Shown here: positions 20,201 to 26,092 of the stretch, piece after piece
Layout: each line of letters opens with the position of its first letter
How positions within the stretch are numbered: position 1 is the stretch's first letter
From: Candidatus Wolfebacteria bacterium GW2011_GWE2_44_13
GTDB taxonomy: Bacteria; Patescibacteriota; Minisyncoccia; UBA6257; UBA9933
DNA: 64,000 nt
Assembly: GCA_001000675.1 (NCBI GenBank)
Contig: LCHW01000001.1
Coordinates: 463 to 64,462, forward strand
Reading direction: 5' to 3'
Made by a program: the position numbers and the translations under genes
Notes under the pieces: generated by a model
Told to the model about the DNA's origin: nothing
Database searches by the model: none
The model's input: the letters and a program-made list of their open reading frames with translations, nothing else

Positions 20201-21892
20201 TATGCCCCAGTCATTACCGGCATCACCGTTCCGCTCAGCACACCGCAGTCGTTGATTATTTTCTGGAAGACCGACGAGCTCGCTACGTCACAAGTTGAGT
20301 ATGACCAGACAAGTACTTCGACCTTTGCACGAAGCACGACACTCGATTCTACGCTTTCGATTTATCATTCGATAGTGGTTCCGGATCTTACTGCAAATAC
20401 GACTTACAATTATCGCGTCCGTTCACGAGATGCATTTGGGAATGAGGCAATATCTACATCTACCAGCGCAACAACGGCAAAGGAGGGTGAAGTACGTATC
20501 GTCACTATCGGAGGCGGATCAGGTGCAGGGCAATTTACCACACCGCCAGAGGTGAAGGATACAACAGCTCCTATCATTTCAGCCGTTACGGTCGCCGCAA
20601 CAACCGCGTTTGGAGCGACGATTACGTTTACAACCAATGAGCCAACTGTTGCCTTTATCGACTATGGCAAGGACGCAACTTATGGATCGTCATTAGGGAG
20701 CAAGAATCTTGCCACACAACATAGCCTTACTATCTCTGGATTGCGCATGGGAACTGAATATCATTACCAGCTCAAAGCTATTGATAAGGCATTTAATGAA
20801 TCTGTAGGCACAGACCAGACATTCTCAACCAAGTTTCTTTCTGAGCCAGGGGATGACCTACAGACGCTCGAAGACGTTACTGCATATGAACAGGTGTCTG
20901 ACGAAGCCCTTGAATCAATCTTGCCGAGCATTCCCCCGCCGTTCATCGAAGAGCCGCGCGTCGTTGAAACAACAGAAAATACAGCGACTATCCGATGGAG
21001 AACAAACATTAACGCGTATGCAGGTATTCTTTATTCAGAGGCAACTGCATATAGCGCTTCATCTACAAATCCATACACTGATGAGCTTTCTCAAGCAACG
21101 ACAAAGGAGAAGGAACACACCATTACGCTTGTCGGCTTAAAGCCAAACACTACATACCACTTCATGGTTCGCTCATTCTCGCTTCCGCAGGTAGTTGGTC
21201 GAAGCCAAGATATGACATTTACCACGAAGGCGGCTAAAGTCTCGGCTCGTGTTATCAACGTAAAGAATACGTCATTCACCGTGGTATGGAATACAGAGAC
21301 GCCTGCCTCGACTATCGTTGAATATAAGAATATGAGAACAGGCGAGATACAACGCAAGATCGACAATAATCGAAAGCTTGATCATGACGTACTTGTTGAT
21401 CGCCTTATCCCTGCAACGGGCTATGAAGTTTCTGTATTCGGATACACTGAAGGTGGAAACTTGATTGAAGGAGGTATGCCAATCACCATCACTACCTCGC
21501 GCGACGTCATAGCTCCGAAAATATCTAACTTCAAAGTTGATGGGGCATTAGTTCCAGGGAGAACCGATCGAATTCAGACGGTTATCACGTGGACTACGGA
21601 CGAAGCCTCTGACTCAACTATTTACTACCAAGAAGGTTCTGGGGCAGTAACTGAGTTTGCTAACAAGACAGCCATCACTGATACTCTTACCCAAAACCAT
21701 ACCATTTTACTTTCCAGCTTAAAGCCAGGGACCATTTACCAGATGAAGGTAGAGTCGGTTGACGCTGCAGGGAACAAGGGAACATTTGGCCCACGAACTA
21801 TCATTACTCCACAAAAAGGTGAATCGATCTTCGACGTCATCTTCAAGAACTTCGAAGAGACATTCAAGTTCTTGAGAGGAGCGGGGCAGTGA
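8237..21892 (+). CDS. Giant (about 4550 aa) secreted multidomain surface protein. Order: signal peptide; about 18 NHL beta-propeller repeats; beta-sandwich modules; two LamG/ConA-like lectin jellyrolls; about 12 Calx-beta-like modules; about 9 fibronectin type III domains.
   Basis: Track ORF 7934..21892 is one continuous frame. Start chosen at ATG 8237 (MQRLTRTIASLIQSQRRTLTRGLVIVLAIMTVVAPLAPAFA|ATYT, a signal peptide with an AFA-A cleavage site); in-frame alternatives at 8054 and 7934 cannot be excluded. NHL motif (YIADTNNHRIVKMDSGTGGT / YVADxxNxRIxKF) repeats from 8640 to 11400. LamG_3-like domains begin LLGYWPFEGNANDTSGNGNNGT (about 13900-14520) and LVGLWQFEGNANDTSGNGNNGT (about 15220-15810). 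Calx-beta-like modules (GTVTIPAGATSTxITxxIxxDxxxExDKTLxVTLSSPTNATLG...TYTI) run about 13750-18600. FN3 domains (DLVPPIISVVTAATVRNTSAIVTWTTDE...NTDYTFIVQSTD) run about 19560-21800. Confidence 0.85.
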   Translation: MQRLTRTIASLIQSQRRTLTRGLVIVLAIMTVVAPLAPAFAATYTVTQSSWTGGASSANASHPTNATGWTNFSTTSQAVAGSAVTSAVVASSTTQTTFADFTGGATSSVDINGTPDASLALQRLTTPTTFGGDAQKTISLNTPNASALDTVNNKIYIADTNNHRIVKMDSGTGGTTFGNNAQTLGGPTAGTGVGQFSSPTGITVDPINNLVYVTSATTDNVIKFSSGGAGLMATSTWTSIAVTNPNAVALDVSENLGYVVTASNEVVLFNTATMVRMDAMGSTGTGAHQFYAPVGAVIDSVYNKIYVADTNNNRIVKMDSGTGGTEFGANRQTLGGPASGSGTGQFNAPKSLALDSVNNMLYVSDTGNHRITKLASGGAGAMSTSTWYTLGGTASGSTAGKFASPRGIFVDTVNSFVYVADVANDRIVKFSSNGTGAITTTGWNTLGANGTGIGQFGNPFGITVDVTNAMVYVADLTGPRIAKFSSGGAGTMSTSTWFTLGTFGSGAGQFTGLEDIALDSVNNFLYAADASRVVKLPTNGAGALTTTGWTTLGTSGSISVGQFDDLTGITVDATNNVVYVIDNGRSGVVQFSSGGAGAMSTTGWDSIASLGAGTHELRSPSSVAVDASANKVYVTESSNNRVSKFNSGGGGTEFGTARQNLGGPTGGSGVGQFYVPQGIDIDTTNNFVYVANMQTDTIIKFASGGAGAMSTTGWSTLGASGTGIGQFGQAYDVDVNTLNGRLFVTDYEHDRVVTFASGGAGAMSTTGWDALGSSGSGLMQLSQPYKISIDRVNNKVYVADRINNRIVKMDSGTGGTTLGNNRQTLGGPTAGSGTGQFNSPIGLFVDTVNNFVYVGDDGNNRIVKFSSGGAGAMSTTGWNTLGSSGSGVGQFQTPTDVFVDTVNNFVYVSDSLNHKVAKFSSGGAGAMSTTGWNTLGSTGTGVGKFTTPESLSIDTTNDYVYVIASNFVVKFPSGGAGVMTTDTWQTIGGTGVGVGQFTSAKGIFIDPVNNYVYVADTGNDRIAKFASGGADSMSTSTSWQTAPVSTDPYGVFVDTVNARVYAVSSPTNAVYSFTSGDPMIAYVSAGAYTSSVIDAGVNTRAGSVSLSWTDSISASINTATPVGLQVASSNSASGPWTFYGPAGTTAASDVYTTKTGTILNAIHNGARYFKYTVTLQTGDVTLTPEVLSVTFNYDSYASASYIISSPYNTGDISNIIGKLQWVANSTPSGTSIKFQLRSAPDVAGAPGVWSNWVGPDGQTSSYFTTAAGTDSIPSMFTTNSQWFQYKAYFDSTGINTASLGSVTTTYLVNSPPQVGATGVTAYQIPTSTDANYGNVAIAFSVKDTDSETGLATTTLEYKNGASWVPLTNATIYNASSNPVTSPLVAPTSTFASYSVIWNAAAQLGSVATSTQIRVTLNDGALGNATASSSSTAFSIDTVAPTGGSLTFDAGIAGQTNSGSIVIVPATDTNTRQYTISDGTTTNDWASISTTVTIPWTFSSTINAKTLSLQFRDAFGNTAATSTYTTPIPSDPSGFLIQDVSKVGTADYRLYIGWATSSAVNFGSYKLEYATSTDNTTFGTYSDAALITDVATNYLVHVNLNNALYYRYRLAVKNTQGNTSVRSNAYINARPDGIQNLGEGGGGTTASAASITTVSPVQTTSAGTVTVAYTLVDTSITSKTNPLYEGYVFYNIGTTVSTSDATTITLSDASHLPASGFIQVNNEIIGYTSKTGNVLNGITRATWPTPATTRATRQNALILSNTPVWVQASSTKTTITNSTIATGQAGTIIWNTQNEPALTGATYANTGVRVLVHDNQAAESGPITTQSDQSNDGTLATLDMSAPTIQFTTANASGLETTGFATSTIILSKPYPLSVSTNYAVTGTATATHGLLGYWPFEGNANDTSGNGNNGTWYGTSTSRYGTGVHGTSGALNGSSDYLDFGNSTTFNGMSALSVETWVKLDAYPSTGLNYSPAGKDAAYRFTIGPSGSVSFTIATVNNGWYTPGTSVSASGALQLGAWYHLVGTYDGARTKIYVNSGTPVQGAQAISGNTVTNVTSFKSSYNTGNITYLKGAIDSTALYNRALTPSEIADLYAFGVQDYGLSTNATTGTVTIATGATSTAITANIINDQLPGIDKNFTITLSSPTNATLGANTAHTYTITEVTPNPTIGFLSATASTTEAETIVTVPVVLSTASAVDTSVSYSIAGGTAIIGTNYSATTTSGTVTIPAGATSTSITFAIKQSAQKDSDLTVLVTLSSPTNVTLATSTHTHTIKDSSVTPTVYFTTASGSGSEATANPTIGISLSNPSASAVTVTYTATTSSDNSANGLVGLWQFEGNANDTSGNGNNGTPQLGATFSSLGGGKFGTQAGVFDGGASAYATLNSEIRFSDSQPWTLSSWIYQTGTKSFEFWIGDKDTVGMAINLGSATGLVQFRDRALAYHDWNVGFNYKNAWHYFTWIARGDNTIEMLVDGISYGLVTTPSQFYIDAIGRGYGTGTQWNYTGRLDNTAIYNRALSAAEVKAHYAAGIDTLPAIGTVTIPAGQTSAIITPTIINYGSYEGDREYKLVLSTSTNATIGATSTYTYSITESSALPAIGFTVATGTGLEAATTTVTASIAYPSVFDITATIAQSGTAVSGVNYTIPATTITIPAGATSTSFVLTTLNNGVRDPLLSAVLTLTSPTNATVNAGASTYTYSIQDNNVIPTIGFASTGSTVDGVVSTITIPVSLSSAMNQDASVGYTVTGTAVSGLHYNASFASSGTVSIASGATTTNLTIPLLDDAISGPVTTTVIISLADPVNATTTNATTTYTLTINEVTADPAIGFTSTSASGLENIASIAIPVSIDATSTQAITVTYTVSASSTAVSDTNYVLANGTATIAAGETATTISASILNNPVRELDKTLIVTLGTPVGATLGAATTYTYTIQDIITTTAPVMSNIIPTQSTTNGTVSVAYTITDEASTNKVLPSYEGYVFYNIGTTVSSADATTITVSDATHLPTAGSIQIGNEVITYTTKTGNVLSGLTRGTWPTTGARTTRQNTTIVAGTPVWIQAASTNTTIVNSTIATGQSGTIVWNTQNEPALAGATYSNVAVRVLVHDNQSATTGPLSSQSDQSNDGTLSLLDMSAPTVSFATTASSAFENATTSTTLTVVLSKIAPVDASVGYTITGTAVSTVDYIAETEGTLTIPAGATSTTLSIQPIADHVFGVDKTAIVTLSSPTNATVGAPNAYTLTIVEADVLPTIQFDVASASGPETTPSYDIVVRLSTTTAATTTVAYAVSTSTALDGINFSLTAGTLTIPAGELTASIPLTVIHDNLFGADTSVTVALTNPTNATLGETTSFVYTITETDLTPEANFSVDSLNVDELTGTTTATVTLSYPSNQDITIPVVADPASTAVAETNYTLPVSSVTVPAGDTTASFTIIALHDTTYGPDKTLTLSLGSVDGMTLGSSTTYTLLITEVDNTAPEVASVSAAQVASSTEANFGKVEIVYTVRDTNTNSGTVNPTFITPSFEYNTGLGWNVITTLQAEDIANKSVAEDVFAPYTALWDAQAQLGSVSLPAVEIRVSANDNEPLNGIGQGTSTSFAFDRQAPQIGQFKFDARTGVLTIAITDAASFTYAVSNNADLSADGVNATSGISTAAPAGTLASTELWTVASGDYPSIYLQVQDALGNAATRQITIPTKPQNFAFTDISDVKSSLFKELVSWLPYVSTSSAPFASYDIYRSIDGAEFALLTTKSEIANNFIVDEGLASSSVYTYKMTITDTAGNVSEYSETVTDTPDGQGQTDLVPPIISVVTAATVRNTSAIVTWTTDEIADSIVRYSLASDAGSYRTASSTGLVTDHSVTLTDLIPNTDYTFIVQSTDPTGNASAFSDSIAFTTTGGPIITDIVATPADKAATITWNTNKDSDSIVTYSKSSNFNGFNAIVGTVTPVGDASTTDVFTHEVSITGLDSGSTFYYKVSSTDSSGNESVDDNNGVYYTFRTLSDTYAPVITGITVPLSTPQSLIIFWKTDELATSQVEYDQTSTSTFARSTTLDSTLSIYHSIVVPDLTANTTYNYRVRSRDAFGNEAISTSTSATTAKEGEVRIVTIGGGSGAGQFTTPPEVKDTTAPIISAVTVAATTAFGATITFTTNEPTVAFIDYGKDATYGSSLGSKNLATQHSLTISGLRMGTEYHYQLKAIDKAFNESVGTDQTFSTKFLSEPGDDLQTLEDVTAYEQVSDEALESILPSIPPPFIEEPRVVETTENTATIRWRTNINAYAGILYSEATAYSASSTNPYTDELSQATTKEKEHTITLVGLKPNTTYHFMVRSFSLPQVVGRSQDMTFTTKAAKVSARVINVKNTSFTVVWNTETPASTIVEYKNMRTGEIQRKIDNNRKLDHDVLVDRLIPATGYEVSVFGYTEGGNLIEGGMPITITTSRDVIAPKISNFKVDGALVPGRTDRIQTVITWTTDEASDSTIYYQEGSGAVTEFANKTAITDTLTQNHTILLSSLKPGTIYQMKVESVDAAGNKGTFGPRTIITPQKGESIFDVIFKNFEETFKFLRGAGQ

Positions 21893-21934
21893 CAATAGAG
21901 ATGTGAGATGAGAGTTGAGAGACTCGAGGGACAC

Positions 21935-21960
21935 AAAGAGGAATCGCCTAGGCGGTTCCT
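21935..21960. terminator. Hairpin GGAATCGCCTAGGCGGTTCC downstream of the giant gene; its reverse complement recurs at 27857-27876.
   Basis: Near-perfect inverted repeat followed by CTCTTT. An identical element in inverted orientation lies between the 26093..27817 gene and tsaE. Confidence 0.45.
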
Positions 21961-22041
21961 CTTTGATAATAGACGCCACCTTTACAGGGGATTGTGTTCT
22001 TTTCTTAAAACAAGTATCATTATCTTAATAAAGCACTGACT

Positions 22042-22278
22042 ATGAAAATTACAGCATACAAAAAAAGTAAGGTAGCTCTCATCACCCTTTCATGCGTTGC
22101 TGGTATTGTTGGCTTAGTGACTGCATACAAGGAAGTTATTACTACTGATTGTGGTGGCGAGGATTCCCGTAAAAATGCGGCAAGAGACGGCTCCACAAAC
22201 ACCGCCATAGCACAGAGCGAGTGCTCTCAAACTGATGAGAATGACTATTTGTTTGTAGGATGCAATGGATTTTTCTGA
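22042..22278 (+). CDS. Small secreted or lipoprotein-like hypothetical protein (78 aa).
   Basis: N-terminal hydrophobic segment KVALITLSCVAGIVGLVTA. No recognisable family. Confidence 0.35.
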   Translation: MKITAYKKSKVALITLSCVAGIVGLVTAYKEVITTDCGGEDSRKNAARDGSTNTAIAQSECSQTDENDYLFVGCNGFF

Positions 22279-22327
22279 GGCGCATATACAACCACTAAAA
22301 ATCCCGGAAACGGGATTTTTAAATACT

Positions 22328-23023
22328 ATGATAACAGTCAAAAATCTGCATATAGCGTACGCAAACACAGGACACGAAGCATTACGGGATATTTCATTCG
22401 ACGTACGGCAAGGCGAGCGTGTTGCTATTTTAGGTCCATCCGGATGCGGAAAAACTACAATTCTTCATGCGATTGCGGGCCTATTACAGAGCCCTACAAT
22501 AATCCAGAAAGGATCTATTACAATAGCAGGACAAGCCCGTATTGGTATGGTTTTCCAGCACCCAACTTTATTACCGTGGAAAACTGTCGCACAAAACATA
22601 GCGTACGGAAGCGTTACTGCGGGAAAACCAACCACCTCATCAACAGACGATGCACTTTTACAGATGATCGGTTTGCAAAAATTTAAGCAGTATTACCCCG
22701 AACAACTTTCTTTGGGAATGCAACAACGCGTTAACTTTGCAAGGGCACTTTCTATCCAACCCGATCTCCTTCTTATGGATGAACCCTTTTCTGGCCTTGA
22801 TATTGCGACTAAGAAATCTATTCAGGATGAATTTAAAGCTATCTTAGAAAAGACCCGCGTAACAACTCTTTTTGTTACCCATAGTTTAAGTGAAGCGACA
22901 TTTTTAGCTGACCGTATTGTGATTCTCTCGGCAGGCCCAGGAACGGTGCAAACTATTATGGTAAATAAACCCGGGCAGCACTCAATACCAGAATATCAAT
23001 ACATAGACAATGATGAGGAGTAA
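22328..23023 (+). CDS. ABC transporter ATP-binding protein, NitT/TauT (nitrate/sulfonate/taurine-type) family.
   Basis: Walker A GPSGCGKTT, ABC signature LSLGMQQRV and Walker B LLLMDEPFSGLD are present. Start chosen at MITVKNLHIAY, which is typical for the family. The track ORF extends to 22265, an alternative ATG with an AGGA 4 nt upstream. Confidence 0.85.
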   Translation: MITVKNLHIAYANTGHEALRDISFDVRQGERVAILGPSGCGKTTILHAIAGLLQSPTIIQKGSITIAGQARIGMVFQHPTLLPWKTVAQNIAYGSVTAGKPTTSSTDDALLQMIGLQKFKQYYPEQLSLGMQQRVNFARALSIQPDLLLMDEPFSGLDIATKKSIQDEFKAILEKTRVTTLFVTHSLSEATFLADRIVILSAGPGTVQTIMVNKPGQHSIPEYQYIDNDEE

Positions 23024-23765
23024 CCCCTTAAAACGATATATTACTATTATCCCCTTTGCTCTTTTGCTTGCACTATGGGAGCTTCTTGTTCGAACAGAAT
23101 TTGCGAATCCGTTTTTTATCAGTAGCCCAAGCGCTATTCTTACAAGTGGTTTTTCATTACTTGCATCAGGAGAAATGACTCCTCATATTATAACGAGCAT
23201 GGGCGCGGTATTTATTGCATTACTCCTGGCGCTTATTATCGGAGTCTCCCTTGGTATTCTTGCGGGGTTTTACTCAAAAGTGGGTGACGTAATTAGCCCC
23301 TATCTATTCACCCTTAACTCGCTGCCTATCGTCGCAGTAACGCCCCTCTTTATTCTTTGGTTTGGCTTTGGTATGGGCGCTAAGATACTTATTATATTCC
23401 TTATGGCAGTAATTCCTGTTATTATCGCGGCCATGGATGGTGCAAAAAGTGTTGATACCAACCTTATTACTATGGCCCGCCTTTACAAGGCAAGTGACTC
23501 AACCATCCTTCGCTCAATTGTCTTCTATCATGCTGCACCTTTTATTTATTCAGGCATGCGCGTCGCAGTAGGAAGAGCCTTTATTGGCCTAGTTATCGCA
23601 GAAATCTTTGGTTATAATAAGGGCTTAGGCCATCTCATTGCCCTCTATAGTTCAAACTATCAGACGGCGTTGTTGATGTTTACTATCATCTTTCTCCTTG
23701 CTTGTAATGTTTTACTCGTAAAGCTCATCACCTTCCTTGAGAAAAAAACTATTAATTGGAAATAA
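23010..23765 (+). CDS. ABC transporter permease (binding-protein-dependent inner-membrane component; SsuC/TauC-like).
   Basis: 251 aa, about six predicted TM helices. Overlaps the ATPase gene by 14 nt, consistent with an operon. Confidence 0.8.
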   Translation: MMRSNPLKRYITIIPFALLLALWELLVRTEFANPFFISSPSAILTSGFSLLASGEMTPHIITSMGAVFIALLLALIIGVSLGILAGFYSKVGDVISPYLFTLNSLPIVAVTPLFILWFGFGMGAKILIIFLMAVIPVIIAAMDGAKSVDTNLITMARLYKASDSTILRSIVFYHAAPFIYSGMRVAVGRAFIGLVIAEIFGYNKGLGHLIALYSSNYQTALLMFTIIFLLACNVLLVKLITFLEKKTINWK

Positions 23766-23769
23766 CATC

Positions 23770-24777
23770 ATGTATAAAAAACCCTTATTTATTATTCCCG
23801 TAATCATACTTGCCGTCATATCTATCTGGGCACTTACAAGCCGCACTGCAGAACAGCCGGTTAGCACGCAACCCCTTAAGATGATTGTTGTTCGCGATTT
23901 AGGTGATGTTAACTTGGTACAAGAGATAGCGACAAAAAAGGGCTTTTTTGAAAAAAATAGTGTACAAGTAGAGCAGGTTGTCTTGGAAAAAATATCAGAT
24001 ACAAGAAACGTAAACACGGTACTGCTTAGCGGAGAGGCGGACGTCCTTATGACAGGAATAATGGGAGAATTTGCCGTCTATTTAAACAATGCCGACGTAC
24101 GTTGGATTGCACAAACGTTTACTCCGTTTAGCTTTTTTGCAGTAAGCCGATTTGAGCGAAACGATTTTAGCAACATAAAAACGGTTGGAGTTATTCGTTT
24201 TGGGGGAGAGCCGGCGCTTATTACCGACGCTGTTCTTAGCGCAACGCACCTTGACCCTGCTAATGTTAAGCTAGTAGCAATCCCTACTAACGCAGCAAGG
24301 AAGGAGCTTCTTGATAAGGGCGACTTAGACCTTATTATCGTAAACTCGGAGCAGTTCATATATGAATCAAAACTGGATACACGCTATACAGTCGTGTCTC
24401 CTGAAGAACTCTTTGCCGGATCTTCTCTCTATCGCGGCATTATGACGACCGGAAAGGTGCTCCAAGAAAACCCCGAGGCAGTAAAGCGCTTCGTTGCATC
24501 AATTTATCAGACCATGGAATATATTAAGGCAAACCCAGAAGAGGTTAAGCAATACATGCGTGAGGCTTATCGATATTCCGATGAACAAGCGAGCCAGTCA
24601 TACGGCCGATTTATCGCCGCATATACCGGCGTGAACTTTGTTCCCTCCATTAGCCTTCTCGAAAATACGCTTACCACTATTAAGGATAAGTTTAAACCAA
24701 CCAACCCCGAGCGGGGCTTAGGGGAATTTATCTATGAAGCGTTTGCACGTGATGCCGTTACTGCAGGTGCGAAATAA
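23770..24777 (+). CDS. ABC transporter substrate-binding protein (NMT1/SsuA/TauA-like) with an N-terminal membrane anchor.
   Basis: Start at MYKKPLFIIPVIILAVISIWALTS, 5 nt after the permease stop. Overall periplasmic binding-protein type 2 architecture. The family assignment is approximate. Confidence 0.7.
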   Translation: MYKKPLFIIPVIILAVISIWALTSRTAEQPVSTQPLKMIVVRDLGDVNLVQEIATKKGFFEKNSVQVEQVVLEKISDTRNVNTVLLSGEADVLMTGIMGEFAVYLNNADVRWIAQTFTPFSFFAVSRFERNDFSNIKTVGVIRFGGEPALITDAVLSATHLDPANVKLVAIPTNAARKELLDKGDLDLIIVNSEQFIYESKLDTRYTVVSPEELFAGSSLYRGIMTTGKVLQENPEAVKRFVASIYQTMEYIKANPEEVKQYMREAYRYSDEQASQSYGRFIAAYTGVNFVPSISLLENTLTTIKDKFKPTNPERGLGEFIYEAFARDAVTAGAK

Positions 24778-26071
24778 TGTGCTTTGTTTTTGTGTCCGAC
24801 TTCCAAGTATCTACAAATACGATAGTGAGGGGTAGAAATACGCCTCGCTCGACAAGATCTTGCAATGTCGCTTTTGCAGAAAGGTGCAATGATGCGCTTA
24901 TTTTCTTATTGATAAGCGCTGTAAATGTCGGGTCATTTTTGAGGTTCAATTGCCCAACTTGTGGGCGAAGATGTAGCTCAAGACGAGGCAATACGCCACG
25001 AGGCGTTTGCTCTTCAAATACGTGCATTTGAAATGTCTGCTCGATACTATCCTTGACCGTTGCAACTGCATTAGCGATTGCCTCCGTGTGCAAGATAACG
25101 CCAAATGCATGCAATACATCAAACCCGGCCCTTCCGCCAAGCACAAGGGTAAATGGATTTCCACATGGGCACGCGATGCGCTCAAGGGATCCGATATCTC
25201 CGGTCTTATATCGAATCATGGGAAATGCCTTTTTAGTCAGGTCGGTGTGCACAATCTCACCGGGGACGCCCCATGGCGTAAGTGTTCCATCGGGGGCGCA
25301 TATTTCTAAAAGTGCCCCCTCAAACGGATGGAATGTGCTCGGACTCTTTTCATTTGCCAAATGCCGGCACCGATATCCTCTCCCAAAGCCAATCTCAGAC
25401 GTTCCAAATCGAAAGTTGAAAAATGCGTTAGGAAATACACTTTTAAAATGAGCAAGTTTCGCTTCCGAGCAATATTCACTTCCTAATGATATCCACGTGA
25501 TGCCCGCACAATCGAACTCACAGGCACGCAACTCATGTATAAATGCTTCTAAAATAGTCGCAGTCGTAATAAGACCCTGTGTTCCCACTTCTTTTGCCAT
25601 CATCGCCATTGGGTTTAGCTTATTAATATCTCCCCCGATTACCGAAGGGTATTTTTTTTCAACAAGAAATGACCGGATAAACACCGGGGCAAGCGGTGGG
25701 AGCAATAACATTAACTTTCGAGCGCCAAATTCTCTTAGCTCATCTTCTATAAACCAATACTTACTGAATACGTCTAGATAAAATGTAGCGTGGGGAATAA
25801 TCGTAGGTTTTTTTGCCTGCGTTGTCCCGCTCGACATGGAATAATATGCGACGTCTTCCTCCGGAATAAATATGCGAGCGGTAAGCGGCACGGCGAGAAT
25901 ATCCGCCTTTTCAAGAAAAGGAATGCGAGTGAACTCCTCATACGAGGCAACTGGAAGGCGCGGCTCTCCGTGTAGCTGATTGTAAAACGAAGAGTAGTTG
26001 TTATGCAGAGCGAATGAAAGCGCTTTATTAAGTTCTTCTAAAGGGATTGCGTCAAAATTTGTGGATTCCAT
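24758..26071 (-). CDS. Adenylate-forming enzyme, phenylacetate-CoA ligase (PaaK) / coenzyme F390 synthetase family.
   Basis: 437 aa. AMP-binding motif SSGTTQAKKP and the IRYKTGD motif are present. Length and motif spacing are typical of PaaK-like ligases. Confidence 0.75.
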   Translation of the reverse strand: MESTNFDAIPLEELNKALSFALHNNYSSFYNQLHGEPRLPVASYEEFTRIPFLEKADILAVPLTARIFIPEEDVAYYSMSSGTTQAKKPTIIPHATFYLDVFSKYWFIEDELREFGARKLMLLLPPLAPVFIRSFLVEKKYPSVIGGDINKLNPMAMMAKEVGTQGLITTATILEAFIHELRACEFDCAGITWISLGSEYCSEAKLAHFKSVFPNAFFNFRFGTSEIGFGRGYRCRHLANEKSPSTFHPFEGALLEICAPDGTLTPWGVPGEIVHTDLTKKAFPMIRYKTGDIGSLERIACPCGNPFTLVLGGRAGFDVLHAFGVILHTEAIANAVATVKDSIEQTFQMHVFEEQTPRGVLPRLELHLRPQVGQLNLKNDPTFTALINKKISASLHLSAKATLQDLVERGVFLPLTIVFVDTWKSDTKTKHIISHLQ

Positions 26072-26092
26072 GGAATAGGGTATTATTGGGAT

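Noticed and set aside
8182-21366. Dozens of 60-170-aa ORFs on both strands inside 7934..21892.
   Set aside because: All lie within, and out of frame with, the single 13.6-kb giant ORF, whose translation has coherent domain structure throughout.
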